A stretch of DNA of 64,000 nt from the human T2T-CHM13v2.0 reference genome, Homo sapiens: the NCBI RefSeq assembly GCF_009914755.1, contig NC_060927.1. The stretch is one strand, 5' to 3'. Of the stretch, positions 39,385 through 53,755 are shown piece by piece (within the stretch, counting starts at the first letter, position 1; every line of letters begins with the position of its first letter). The notes beneath the pieces were generated by a model. That model ran no database searches, was not told the origin of the DNA, and was given only the letters and a program-made list of their open reading frames with translations. The translations under genes were made by a program, and so were the position numbers.

Positions 39385-41695
39385 TCAGAGGACTGACAAG
39401 AAGGAGGCTTTGTAAGACAGAAGCCTTTTACCCTACCTGCCCTAATAATACCACCAAGGACGCAGTTCCCTTCTCACTCCCCACCAGCCTATCTGTGACA
39501 TATAGGTAGGGATGCCCCTTTTTTGCCTCTCCCCAATAAGTGTACTTTCCAAAGGGTCTGTGCAATGGAGCCCTATTAACCTACCCCTTCCTGAGGTGGC
39601 ACATGTCAATGAAGAGGTGGTGACTCTCCTCCTCCCCAAGCATGGCTGCTGCAGATAGAGTAGAGTGGAGCTCTGTAGAACTACCCCAGTCCCTCACTAA
39701 GCAAAGGTAAGCAAAGGCAGCATCCCTCTACCTTCCCCCATTCCCACAGTTGGAGAGGATTACTAAGAAGAGAGAGGTAGGAAAGGAATCTTTTCAATCT
39801 TTGTATGAAGTCCTAGGCTTACCCTGAAGTGACCTATGCAGGAAACTGACCACAATCAACACAGCAAAAACTTTGAGAACTGAATGAATTATGGCATGAA
39901 ATATCACACTGGTTTCAGGTTGGCCTCTGGGTAGCAGTGCACAAGTGGCGCAGATCAGAATAGCATTTTTAAAGGCTTTAAAAAATGAAACTGAGAGTTG
40001 AACCATGCCCTTATGATCATAGATCCAAAAATTCTCAACAAAATGTAAATACATAAAAGGGATAAGACACCTATACCCTGACCAAGTGGGGTTCATTCTA
40101 GGATGCAAAGCTGGTTCAATACTCAAAAATTAGTTAATGCAATCTCCCATATTTACAGTCTAAAAGAAAAAAAGTGTACGATTATATTAATTAAAGCAGA
40201 AAAGCCTTTGATAAAATTTAACACCCATTTGTGCTAAAAACTCTCAGCAAAGTAGAAACAGAAGGGAACTTCCTCAGCATGATAAAGAGAATCTACAAAA
40301 TAACCTACAGCTAACATTATATTTAATGGTGTCAGACTGAATTCTTTCTCCCAAAGATCAGGAACAAGGCAAGCATGTCTACTCTCACCACTTCTTTTCA
40401 AGATAGCACAGTGCAACCAGGCAAGCAAAAGAAATATAGTTTGAAAAGGAAGAATATCTGTCTCTGCATGACCAAGGATTAGGCAAAGAGTTCTTAGACA
40501 TGAAATCAAAAGCATGATCCATAACAGAAAGTTGGTAAATTAGAGTTTATCAAAATGAAAAATTTGTGTTTTGCTAAAGGCACTGTTATGAGAATGAAAA
40601 CTCAAGCTACAGATTGGGAAAAAATATTTGCAAGTCATATGTCCAACAAAAGACTTGTATAACCAGAATATATAAAGAATTCTCTAAACTCAACAGTAAG
40701 AAAACAAGCCATCCAATTTAAAAAGTGGGTAAAATACTTAAAAATACACTTCACCAAAGATACACAGATGGCAAATAGGCATATGAAAAGATGTTCAATA
40801 TCACTAGATATTAGGAATATGCAAATTAAAGCCACAATGAGATACTACTACACATCTATTAGCATTGCTAAAATAATGGCAATATTGGCAATACCTACTG
40901 CTGATGAGATAGCAGAACAACTTGATCTCTCATGTACTGTTGGTGGGAATGTAAAATGGTACCACCAGTTTGGGAAGCAGTGTGATAGTTTCTTATAAAC
41001 TGACAAATATGACTGAGCAACCCCATTCCTGAGTGTTTACACTAGAAAAATGAAAATGTACATTTACATAAAAACCTGTACATAAATGTTCATCACCTCA
41101 AACTGGAAACAGTACAAATGTCCTGTACCAGTTGAATAAATTGTTGGATGTCTATATCATGAGATATTACACAGCAATAAAAAGGGACAAACTATTGATA
41201 CCCAAAAAGGATGGCTCTGAAGACATTATTCTGAGGTGAAAAAGCCAATCCCAAATAGTTACACAGTGTGTGATTTCACTTTATATAAGATTCTCAAATG
41301 ACAAAATTACAGTGATGGAGAACGGATTAGTGATGCCAAAGTTGTGGATGGGGAAATAAGTGACTATAAAGGGATAACACAGGGAGATTTTTTTTGGGGG
41401 GTGAGTGATAGAATAGATCTATATCCTGATAGTGGTGATGGTTGTACAAATCTACACATGTAATACATGTAATAAAATTGATAGAACTATATACTACCCT
41501 CCACCAAAAATGAAAAGAAGATGAAGAGAGAAAGTACATGGAAAAACTGGTGAAATCCAAATAATATCTGTCATTTAGGTAATATTATTGTACCAAATTC
41601 AAATTCAGTCTTGATAATTGTACTAAGGTTATTTATATATGAGGTTCTCTTGGGGGAAACAGGATAAAGGGTACAGGGGAACTTTCTGTAATATA

Positions 41696-41918
41696 TTTTT
41701 AAGAGCATTATTGAAGTATCATATACATAATATTAAATTCACTCATTTCAAGTGTATAATTGAACAGTTTTTAGTAAGTTTACAGAGTTGCAAAACCATT
41801 ACCACCATTTTTAGAGTATTTTCATCACCCTCAAAAGAAACCTTAGAATCATTTGCAGTCACCTTTGTTCCCATCCTCAGCTTTAGGCAACTTTCTGTCT
41901 CAATAGATGTGCTTTTCC
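41696..41918 (-). mobile_element. Antisense L1 3' fragment nested in the L1 3' UTR
   Basis: ttattgaagtatcatatacataatattaaattcactcatttcaagtgtataatt; degraded TSD-like t(t/c)tctgta..attttt on both sides. Confidence 0.75.
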
Positions 41919-42789
41919 TAGTCTCTGTACAATTTTTGCAGCTTCTATGTTAAGTCTAAAATTATTTCAAAATAAAAATGTCAAAAAATGATTTTGAAAA
42001 CTAATGACCTTAAAATTTGTTTTACTAATACATTTGACAAAATTATAAGACATTCATGTTGACTCTTTCTATGCAAATGGATATTTTAAAGGCTTCATAT
42101 TCAATATATATTAGAAAAAATACAAAGAACAAGATTATGATATAGTTCTGTTAGTCAGTGCTTAGAAGCACTAGTCTTATTAGAGCACCCAAGATAATGC
42201 AACAGAGAACAGAGAAAATTCAGCTGTTATTGCTGACAAATTTACCCCACAGAGACCAGTAAGAAATACACAGGTATGCAAAGCACTTAACTAGTTTATT
42301 TCCGTGGGTGATACAATATATTTAAAAATAAACCCTACAAATCCTGAAAATCAATAGTAAAGGAAATAACATTAAAATTTCAGATTAAAATAATAATAAT
42401 GTTGATGAACATTAAAGTATTCCTTAAAGGCTTTTACCAAAAGAAAATTCTGACAGAGAGAAAAACCTATATAAGAATCTCATAGAACTTTAATACAGAA
42501 GGTATTAAAGTACTTTTATACTATAAAAGTACTTGTTTTTATTTTTAAAACAATAAGCTCAGGTGATAGGACATCATTTTAAAAGTATTTCAATACCTTC
42601 AGTAAATTCTAGTTACTATATGTATATTCGTATACATGAATATGTGTGTATATATATATATGCACATATGTGAATGTATTTAGTAAATATATGTGATTTA
42701 CAATGACTTAAAATATAAAATTTCTGAGTTATAAGTTTTCTTAGACCAAATAAAATATATTCTTAGTTTTCAGCTAATAAAAAAAGCCT

Positions 42790-43565
42790 TTTAAAATAAA
42801 GCAATTTTGATATAACACCTTATTCAAAAGAGTCAGATAATAATGGAGTACAGATTGGTGTAAGCTTTTTAGAAAACAATCTTGTAATATGTATCAAAAG
42901 CCTTAAATAGTTCATTATCTGGTTTTAGAAATCACCTTTGTAAAAAAAAATCTGAGGTGAGGACAAGAATTGTGTGCAATGCTGCCCTCCATATCTTTGC
43001 ATTTTAATGATGAAAGATTTTTTGAAAGAAAATACTTGCATTAAAATGGTGAACATTTTGAATAATTAAAAAACCTACATTATAGAGAATAAGTCAAAAA
43101 AATCGTGTTATGTCCACACAATGGACTTTTCAAGGTAATCTATAAAGATAATATTGATGGAGACAATATAACACCATGGGAAAATGCTTATAATATAATG
43201 TAAAATTAATTTTAAAATCAAGGTACAAAATATATATCATACATTATATTAAAATATATTTATATTTACTTAATTTATGCTGATTTATATATTTAGTTAA
43301 TAGTGTTGATAAACATTTATATTTATTAACATAGTGAGATTACATATTTGCATATGCATTTTAATTTTATATATCAATATATTAACCTGTTTATTTTATG
43401 CACATATATTCATTTATACATATATAGTACAATATTGATAGTGATTATTCTGAGTGGTGGGTTTATAGTATACATTTATTTTGTACTTTATATTTTTGTC
43501 ACACATGGGTTTGTCACAGCATATGTATGTGTAACATGTGAGCATGTAATAATGTTATAAAAAGA
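42790..43565 (+). mobile_element. Very old L1ME-like 3' region
   Basis: ggagtacagattggtgtaagctttttagaaaacaatcttgtaatatgtatcaaaagccttaaa...gtgattattctgagtggtggg. Confidence 0.65.
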
Positions 43566-45182
43566 AAAAAAGACTATTGGCTTGAAAGTGAAGAGAACTG
43601 GCACCTAGTTATTGTGTTGCCACTACCAGGTAACCCCAGGCAGATTGTTAAAATATTCTAGTTCTCAATTCTATCACCTGTTAAAGGAGGGGTTACGTTA
43701 TGCCATTGCAAAGTTTCATTATAGCTCTATTCTTTTGCAGTTCAATTATCTATCATGTATGAGGCCCTATACGAGGCAATGTCAGATGGATGAAGTGCAC
43801 TTAACTTCATGGACTTTAATGTCCAATCAGGAGGAAACAATCATGAATATACATACATACATTCATGTAGCATGAGGGAGAACTTGGTGAGTGCCATGAG
43901 GGGTTAGGTTAGTAAAGGGAAAAGCCACATCTGTCAGGGTGAGTAGAAACATTTTAATGAAGGAGTTAGCATAGTCAGCCTTATATCTTCTACTCCAAGT
44001 TCAGCTGATTTTCTCCTCTATAATTTTCTCAATTAGTTTCCAATTTTATTCCATTAGTCATTTGGATCATTATTAGTTTTTATTTGAATTTCCTCTGCAG
44101 TGAGCCCTGTCAGCAGCCAAAGAGTGACACAGAACTAGTGAATTGGAATCCAAAAGAACAAATCACAGCTCAGTTAACAAATATGTTGGCTAAATGCCAG
44201 CCTCAGTAGGAAACAGTCAGCCAAAATATTTATCAACAGGATTTTAATTCTACAGTTTGATTTAAATTTCTGCTCAGCTGAGTGTGTGGTATATCTAGCT
44301 AGTTAACTCTAGAATTCTAATCAAAGGACTGTCAAAGCAGCAAGACAAATATTTGTGTTAGTGCTGCAGTTGCTAACTTCAGATGAGATGATGTGGCTCT
44401 TGAACACATTCAGACACCACCCTGAGTTCTTGGCAGCCCTTTGAGGAGTCCTTTATGGTGCTTATTAACTAGCTTTTTGTGCCATGCCAGTTGTATGTCC
44501 CCATATCCCCATATAGGCTTCTAGAATACGAATTCTGGCTTGTTAATGACCCAATCTTGGTAGAAAATGCACTTGGAGTGGTTTTCTGGTAATAGTTATA
44601 TAAACAGGCATTCACACCAACTCAGGGGAGTCTCAGGTGTGACCATTTATCTTGATGTGGGGCCACCTGCTGTGTCATCTTCTTGAGGAAACTTCTCAAG
44701 GAGTGGTGTGACTTCCTTTTAACCTTTCCTTCTCTTTCTGCTCTCTCCCTCCTGCCTGCACCCACACATTTCTCTGTGGGAAGAGAACAGAACTCTGTTC
44801 TTCCCCCATTCATCACCACTTCTTAAGGGAGAGAAATGTTGTTTTCGTTCTTCAAATAAGTGTAGTCTATCACCATACTAAGCTCAAATGGTTAGACAGA
44901 ACCATCAAGCCACTTCAGGAAGAGAGGAGTTACATAGGAAGTATCAGGTCTTCATGTTTCAACCTCTTGTTGGCAGAAAAAAGGATAGGGAATCAATGTT
45001 TGGTTTAAAGTCCCATAAGGAAGTGGTTATTCCCTTCCAAAGAAGTATAAACTGCCTCCCCTTTCACTGTCATGAGGCAAATAGATTTCTAAATAGGAAA
45101 AGAGCACAGAGAATTTAGATGTGAACACAGGGTATTTAGAAAAGCAAAATTACATCACTAAGCATGCATAGAAATCATCACA

Positions 45183-45522
45183 CAGGGGTCCCCAACCCCT
45201 GGACCATGGACCAGTACCAGTCTGTGGCCTGTTAGGAACCAGGCTGCAGAGCAGGAGGTGAGCAGAGGGCAAGTAAGCATTTAGCTCTGCCTCCTGTCAA
45301 ATCAGTGGCGGCATTAGATTCTCATAGGAGCATTAACTGTGAACTGCACATGTGAGGGATCTAGGTTACGTGGTCCTTATGATAATCTAACGCCTGATGA
45401 TCTGAGTCTGAAGTGGAACAGTTTCAACCCAAAATCATCTCCTTCCTTCCCCACCCCATGTCCATGGAAAAATTGTCTTCCACAAAACTAGTCCCTGATG
45501 CCAAAAAGGTTGGAGACAGCTG
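45183..45522. mobile_element. MER1B hAT-Charlie MITE
   Basis: Termini caggggtccccaaccc and ggttggagacagctg; internal tcagtggcggcattagattctcataggagc. Confidence 0.9.
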
Positions 45523-45531
45523 ACCTATCAC

Positions 45532-45650
45532 TGTAATGAACATGGAGATGGACCACCCATATCTTCCTTCATGCCTGTTGCAGCTGGGAGTGCAGTTAGC
45601 AATTAGTCCTCATCTATCAGCCTCTTTGGAGATCACCTCAGTTGCAAAGT
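45532..45650 (+). mobile_element. LTR16/LTR33-like 5' fragment
   Basis: tgtaatg...accacccatatcttccttc...cagctgggagtgc...cctcagttgcaaag, similar to the element at 23960-24375. Confidence 0.5.
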
Positions 45651-45664
45651 AAACTATAAACAAT

Positions 45665-46610
45665 AAAGAAGGAAATATCCTGATATGAAATTGAAGGTGG
45701 TTTCTGCCATATTGGGAGGAAATAAAAGTTCTGCCTGAGTTAGAGATGCCTGGAGAGAGGGTGTGTGTGTGTGTGTAAAACAGCAGTGCTGAAACACGAG
45801 TTGAGACCTGCCCTCTGCCTCCTTCTTTAGGAATAGATGGAATAGAAACTGTAAATGGACTTAGGCTTGAAGTGCCTGGGCCAACCTGTGCCAGCCTGGG
45901 CCTTAGAGTGCCTGGGCCAACCTGTCTACCACAAAACAGAAATGGCAGAATGGCATCGTGAAGGAGAGGAGAGAGATGAGAAAGCATATTTTGGTTTTCC
46001 AGTGGCTGAATGTGGTCTGCAGAAGTTTCTACAAAGAATGGGAATGGGCCAAAGGGCCAATAAGCTGAAAGAAACCTTCACTTTGAATGAGGAGGGCATA
46101 GAGAGGAAGTTGGCAGGGACCATGAATCATCAGCAGGTTCTAGAGCTCCACTAATGACCAACTGGATCCATTTCCAAGACCACTTAGCACAGTGGATATA
46201 GACATCTACTTCAGAGGTGGCCAGCAGGGATCCAGATGACTGCATGAGAACTGGACTCTCTTCCTCTGTGTTGTGTAGTTATACAAGTACCCACTCTGAA
46301 CCCAGATAACATACTGGAAAGAGGACAGGAAGGGGAAATTCCTTGAGAGGGGAGAATCACTTAGATAAGAAGTTTGCATTTTGAATTGACTATTTAAATC
46401 CTCAGTTGACTATTTACACCAACATGATTGTGTTAACCTGGACAAGACTGCAGTGAATTGGAAGTGACAGTTACCTCCAACAGGCAAGCTAAGGTTTCCA
46501 TCACCACCAATCAGAAATGAGGGCTCAGAAGCAAGTTATATTCTGTTGTAAAAAAAAAAAAAAAAAGAAAAAGCCATATCTCTTCACATCTGAAGTGCTG
46601 AATTGTAAAT
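45665..46610 (+). mobile_element. Ancient LTR (LTR78-like)
   Basis: 3' motif aaatgagggctcagaagcaagttatattctgttgta...cacatctgaagtg; family assignment from memory. Confidence 0.45.
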
Positions 46611-48050
46611 AAAAAAAATTAAGCCACCTATGTACATTTAAAAGTAACATGAAACACTTGATTCCACCAGACATATAACTGAAAAGTGTTCCACGATAGG
46701 AAAAATCAAAACGATATACAGCATTTACCCATAAGACAAATACGGCATATAAGAACAAGCCACAAATCCATATCCTGAGTCCTGCACCGGTGCTCTAAAG
46801 GCTTACTCCTAATCTCACCCCTTCCGCTATTATGCAAGGGTACCTTGGGTTGGGGCTGCCTTTATGATTAAAGGCATCTCAATTTGCCCATAGTAAAAAT
46901 AAGTAAAACCCAACGATTTTCATCACAAAACACTGAGCAAATGCTAAATGACAATAATTAAAATTCAGAAAAAACAAGTCTTATCCCTATTACTCCTATC
47001 TCTATACACCGTGCCGGATATGATTCTGAGAGACTTCTGGAAGGCAGTGGGGAGGGGAAGAGGAGGCAGTTGCTGGCAGAAAATCAGAGAATCTGCAAGT
47101 TATTTGTGCATAAACTGAGTGGGACAGGGCTTGCTATTTGAATTGTGCATGCTTCTGTTTTATCGAACCCATTCCTCACCCACACGTATTATAGGAGCTG
47201 TCATCTCTTATTTACACACTACAGGGTACGTTGCTCAAATAAAGAGGGCAAAGCGATATGGAGCACATAGAAAAGAAGAGCGTTTACTTTGAAAGTGTGA
47301 GTATTTATTAAGCAATTCAACACATTTTAGATACATTTTTAAAAGATGAAGTAACGTGTGTTGACAGTGTCCACGGTGAAAAGGAGTTATTTTCTCCCCA
47401 AATATTCAGCAGGCTGTTTGAACAGGTAGTACCTTATTTCTAGATTGTTGTTTGAAATTGTCCTAGTTCCAGCTTTTTAAAAATCTCCCTGAGCGTCAGT
47501 TTTATTTTGTGCTAAGTGGGAACAAGGAGATCTCCCTTGCAGGGTTCCTATGAGGATGAAATGATACTCCATATATCAAGCACTGGAAGTGTGAGTCTGG
47601 CACACTCTAGGGGCCTTGTCCCCTTTATCGGTGGGTCAAAATGTGCCCCTCTGTTCTGGTTTCCTTAGCCTTATATTGAGGGAGGAGATTGAGGGGATGT
47701 ATTGCCATGAAACCTTTACAAAGAGCATGGATTTCTTCTCCCTGACTTGGTCTAAATATGGCCTTAACACACACAACCAAATGTCCCTTGGATAGAGCTG
47801 CTAGAAGATGTGGGAAGCATGGGGAAGGTGAGCAGCAAAAAACAACAGAAAGATGGAGAGGGAAAATTAGAAAGAAGTTTGTCCCTCCATTTCCTTATCT
47901 CTGGTTACTACTCTGCACACACCTCATCCTCGTCCCCTCTTTAGCCCCAGTCTGTGTTGCAGTTACAGCATACACAAATGTCTGCTCACTCTCTAAGGTC
48001 ATTATGACATTTTGCTTAGTTCCTCAGACAGGTAAAAGCACTCTTTATGA

Positions 48051-48370
<320 letters not shown>

Positions 48371-49039
48371 CATCTCTGTATGTTCTTATATGCAATGTTT
48401 TCCTCACTTCTTTCAAGTCCAGTGTGTTCACCAGACTGTGAGCTCCTTGAAGCTAAATTGTTATTGTAATAATTATTAACATATTACTAGTTACTCTATG
48501 CCAAATAGTTTTAAAAGATATTAGCTCATAAAATAGTCACAACAGCCATCAGTTAAGGTGTTATTATCATTTTCTCTCCCATTCCATTTTTAATTTTTAA
48601 ATTGTAGAACCTATATACGTAGCCACATTGCATCTTCCTTAGCCTCAACCTTCTTTCTCTTTTGAAGTTCTTCAAAACTTCATGGCTCCTACATGACACG
48701 TAAGCATATTATGTACACTACGCAAGATAATACTCTTCAAAAAGTGCAATTACTATGAGCTATGAGCTTTATCTCATCTGCTACTTCCAGTTTATACCTT
48801 TGTTATTTAATAACCATTGCTTCCCTCACTAGTTACTTCAAACTATATTTCAAAATCAGGGGAGAGAAAACGATGACTTGTGAAATCACCTAACAAAGTG
48901 AAAAATAGACTCAAAGTTTTGATTCCATTTATGTGTATTCACTGGATTTAAGACCTGCTTAAAAGCCTTAGAAAAATGATTTAAAATACTGACCTCTGAC
49001 TATATGTGGCTGTTGCATCATCATAACCACCCACCATCA

Positions 49040-49265
49040 TCAACTTATATTGAATAGTAATTCTGTGCCAGCTATCATACTCTACCATTCAAATATATTA
49101 TCTCACTTAATCTTCACAACAACACTATTTACAACCTTCTTCACAACAGGAAATCGGTGCTTAAAAAAGATAAATGTTTTACCTGAGGTTACATCCAAAT
49201 AGCAAACCGAGGACTCAAACCCAGTTGTCTCTGATACCAGAGTTTTTATTCTTTACTATGCAGTT
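49040..49265 (-). mobile_element. MIR
   Basis: tattatctcacttaatcttcacaacaac...ggactcaaacccag. Confidence 0.72.
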
Positions 49266-49837
49266 CTGCCTTCCAGAATTTATACTGCTCACCCATTTAA
49301 TCATAGTCAAATCTTCTGAAGGCTAAAAGTTAACTGTAACAGAAATCCCTTAATCTACTTAACTTCATTATGAGAAACATGCCATACCTTTGAGAACCCA
49401 CGACAGTCAAGAGATAGAATGTGGCCCAAGGCAGTTCAAATATGTCTAAGGGTATTTTTCAGCTACTTCCACTCATTGCCTTTAACACAATAAGCACTTA
49501 ATAAACATGTTGATTGATTGATTGAATAAATCAATAAAAAATCAATAAAAGCAACTCGATGAGGGCATAAAATTATTGGTACCTAATCTTTCTGGCCTGA
49601 AGTTTATGTAGAGGTTGTTCCGCTATCGTCTAGTATTTAATGTGGCAGAGATTGGACACTAGAGGAAAAAAATTCTGGATATTTACATGCTTTGTATTGT
49701 GACAGAAAACTAATCACGGTGAATTGAGGATTGAGTTTCCATTTCTTACTGAAATGGGGTAAACATTGCCAGTTTGCATCCTTGCTTTTATTCTCAATTC
49801 TGCAAAGTTAACTATAATTAAATTAAGCATTTAAAGC

Positions 49838-50060
49838 CTGATAGCATAGAGGTCAATAGCACAAGGTGTGAAGCCAGACTGCCTAAATTCAAATTTTTAC
49901 AAGCTGAGCAATTTTGGGCAAGGCACTTAACATTTCTGTGCCTATCTCCTATATGTAAAATTTCCTATATGTAAAAATATAGTAGTTAGCTCATGGAGTT
50001 ATTGTAATGAGTTAATACATGTAAATCACTTAGAAGTTCTTGGCACTTAGTAAGTACATA
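49838..50060 (+). mobile_element. MIR
   Basis: aagccagactgcctaaattcaaat...ttgggcaaggcacttaac...aatacatgtaaatcacttagaa. Confidence 0.78.
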
Positions 50061-52774
50061 TTCATCAAGAACATCTAGTACGATTTCCAGGATCCAAGAG
50101 GTGTTCGTTTAGTACAGATCCTCTGGAATCGCTGGTATCTTCTTCTCTCCTTACTGCATATATTTCCAACACTCTTGAGGGAATGAATTAACAGAAATTC
50201 CCTGCATGTCCAACTACCTGGATTCTTTCCCCCTCACTCACTGTGCTTTATTGTCAGAACTTTACCTGTAAAAACCCATTACATCATTCCAGTTTCCCCA
50301 GCACAGCCAGCTTCCCTTTATCCCCATTCTTTGGCTGTTGATAGGGAAAAACTGTCTCAAAATAGATGTAGTAAGAGTGGTGCTAAGGGTTTGAACTGCT
50401 CAGGAAGTGGATAAAGGTAATGAATCAGACAGAATTTATTAGAAATATTTACAGAAAACATGGCAAAAATAGAATAAACTGGCTGCTTTGTGAACTCCTA
50501 CCCACACAGTAAGGAGATGACTGTTCAGTTTTCTGGTTCAGACCTGAGTAGAGAAACAAGAAAGTATTTCCCTATGTCTTTTACACTGGTAAACTGTTTC
50601 AGATGGCAGGCTGAGCATCGAGATTTTACATTCAGTTCCATAAGCTGAACCTACATGTGGCTGCTAGGGCTTCCTTGCAGCATGACAGCTGCTAATTCCA
50701 AAGGTGGACACTCCCGGAAAATTAAGCAGAAGCTCTATTTCCTTCCATGATCTTTGCTTCTGAAGTCACATAGTATCACAAGCCCACCTACAGCCCACAG
50801 CTTGAAGGGAGGGAAGTCAAAGTCATATCGCAGGAAGAGCATGAAGGATGATGATTATAGCATCTGCCCCATCTCCCCTCAGATTCTAACTAACTTGGCC
50901 TAATGGTCTCTCTCAAGTGTAATGTCATCTCATGGCTGGCTCCTCACAGGTGTGTGTTCCTGCCATTCCTCTAGCAGATTCTGGTCTCCTAAGGTTTCTG
51001 TCTCATCTCCCTCCATGGCTAGACCTGGGTCCACTTGCTCATATGTGCTTGGCTTTGCTCATCACCACTATGCCCACTAAGTATCAGCTTTGTCTGACAT
51101 GTTTTATACATATGCCCTTTACCTCTCTGTCTCTCCTCCAGTAAAGAAGGGAATTCCCTTTATTTTAATATCTTTAGTCTTAGCTAGTGTAACTAGTTCT
51201 GGAAACTAATGTTCTGAATAATTTATCTTCCTGCTATCCTGGGCATATATGATTAAGCATAAATGAATGTATTATTGGCCCTGTCTGCTCAGAGAGTAAA
51301 TCTGATCATTTTCCAACTTGAGGCAGAACTGGAAAGAGAATGGGGGTCGATAGGTAGTGGAATTCAGGGTTGCTGCTAATTAGGTATTAAAAATGCCAAA
51401 ATATAGGTCCATTCAAATCCTACAGGGGATATACCAATAAAACGTAACACTCTTTGCATTAAAATACGCTTTCTAGTTCTTTACACTCCTTTAGGTTAGT
51501 GCTCTGTCAACTCAAGCATCAAATTCCTTGTCAAGGCTGTTTCTCTTTTTTCTTAAGGGGTCTCCCCACCCCTCCCACTTTTCTATGGTCATGTCTGGGA
51601 GGATGAGGAAGCTTGAATGCTCCTAGAAGCAGTGGAGGGCTGCCTGGTCCTGTGTTGTTCCTCTTGTAGTCCCTTCTGAACTCGAGGGTGAAAGTAGTTC
51701 ACTTCACCCAGGATTTAGGTAGTAGGTCTCTGACCTCAGTGCAACTGTGGCTCTGCACAGCTGGGGTCCCCTGTGGCACCACAGACTTATCTCCTAAACA
51801 CTCTTCTTCTTCATTCTGCAGAAGACTTGTATGTCCACTTTTTGTCAGATAGTACCCCTCTTGTGCTCATAGTCTGGGCCTTCTCTATACCAGAGTTTAG
51901 AATAAAATTATATGATTATTGCCAGATAAGTTTGAGTCTTACGTAAGGGGAGCTTCTGCAATTCAGGAAATCCTTTTAGCCTTCAAGACAATCAAAAGCT
52001 ACACATTCACTTTCTGCTATTGCTTTATGGCTTCCTTCCTGGAGGCAAAGCCTTCCTCTAGTTGAATGTGGAGGTCACAAGCAAATAAAAAAGGGAAAAA
52101 TGTATTAATACATTCTAAAACATCCTCTTTGTTTCAATATCTCTTGGCTGTCTCTAATCCCATTCATTCCCCACTCATCTTTTCTCCCTACTTTATCTCA
52201 TCACACTAGTCCCCACACCAGAATTAAAATTTTCCTTTAAAGAGCATTCCTCTGAAGCTGACTTCCTTCAAGCCTGCAACATGTGAGCAAAAATGACAAA
52301 ACAAAGAGGGGAGGACTACTTGTTGTTAAATATAAGAAAGGAAAGGAAGAAAAGTACCAAGCCAATGAGTTGGAGTTTGCCAGGGAGGCTTCTAAATTTA
52401 TTCTGCTGTGAATTCTAAGTGGGGCATTGGAAACTTCATATCCTGGACATTTTCTTAGGTGATTAGTAATTAAATGTGCATCCAAAAAAAAAAAAAAAAA
52501 CCTGCAGATTTGCGCTCAACCCCAATTTGGTTCATCTGAACACAGGAGCACTTGAGAAATGCAAAATTCTTTAATCACTCCAAATTGCCCAAGCACAAAC
52601 CAGGCCAAGAGCGTCAATTGCTTCTAAAATAAGATGCAGGTGTTCTGAAAAATCTACAAGCAGTCTGCTCATTTTAAATTACTCTTCACTCCATGTGCCC
52701 ATAGGGAAGGGAGGATTGAAGAAGGCGTTTTTTTTTCATCACAGCCTCACTGGTGGAATGACAGTAGTGATTAC

Positions 52775-52802
52775 AAAAAAAAAAAAAAAAAAAAAAAAAA
52801 AA
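52775..52802. repeat. Poly(A) tract
   Basis: Directly visible. Confidence 0.95.
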
Positions 52803-52984
52803 CACAGAGATATCATCCACCTCCTCTTTCTGTTTTACCTGCCCAACCAAAGTTGGTACAGAAAATACATTTCCTCAGGGAACCCTTTGATTACAATCCT
52901 AATGGTCGATTTCATCATTGGTTTTAGTTTTTCACCCTTTCTGAATTATACCCTTTGCTAAGTGATCCTGAAGATCCTCTCAGT

Positions 52985-53755
52985 ACAAGTACAGAGCATA
53001 TTTCCCCACATCTTGACTTTGGCCTTGTCCATGTCACTTCCTTTGTCCATAGAATATAGCAGAAGGGATTGTGTATTAGTCCTTTCTTGCACTGCTATAA
53101 AGAAATACCTGAAACTGGGTAATTTATAAATAAAAGAGATTTAATTGGCTCACAGTTCTTCAGGCTTTACAGTAAGCATGGCTGGAGAGGCCTCAGGAAA
53201 CGTTCAATCGTGATGGAAGGGGAGGGAAACAGGAATGTTTTACATGGCCAGACGGGAAGAATAGAGAGAAGGGGGTGATGCTACATACTTTCCAACAAAC
53301 AGATCTAATGGGAACTCACTCTATATTACAAGACCAGCGAGGGGAAAATCCACACCCATGATCCAATTACCTCCCACCAAGCCCCTCTTCTAGCATTGGG
53401 TATTACAACTGGACATAAGATTTGGGCGGGGACACAAATCCAAACGATATCAGAAGGTATGTCAATTCTGAGCCCAAGCCTTAAGAGTCCTTGTTTGATT
53501 ATTCTTGCTCTCCGGGACTTTTGCCATTACCATGAGTAGAATATAGCCTGGCTAGCCCTTTGGTCCCAAGAAGAAAATGAAAAATTCATGGAACAGAGCT
53601 GCCCCAACCAAACAGAATGTGAAGGAGCCCAGCCTAAATCAACTGGCTGTCAGCCAACCACAGATGTCTGAGCTAAATAAAGTCCTATTCCTGTGCCACA
53701 GAGTTTCTGTGGTTCTTTGTTCCACAACATCATTGTAGCAATGGCAAATTGACAC
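52985..53755 (+). mobile_element. Old MLT1 LTR interrupted by an MST LTR
   Basis: ttggccttgtccatgtcacttcctttg before, and tctgagcccaagccttaagag...aataaagtcctattc...gcaaattgacaca after the insert. Confidence 0.65.
53072..53452 (-). mobile_element. MSTA-like MaLR solo LTR
   Basis: tgtattagtcctttcttgcactgctataaagaaatacctgaaactggg...ggggacacaaatccaaacgatatca. Confidence 0.9.
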
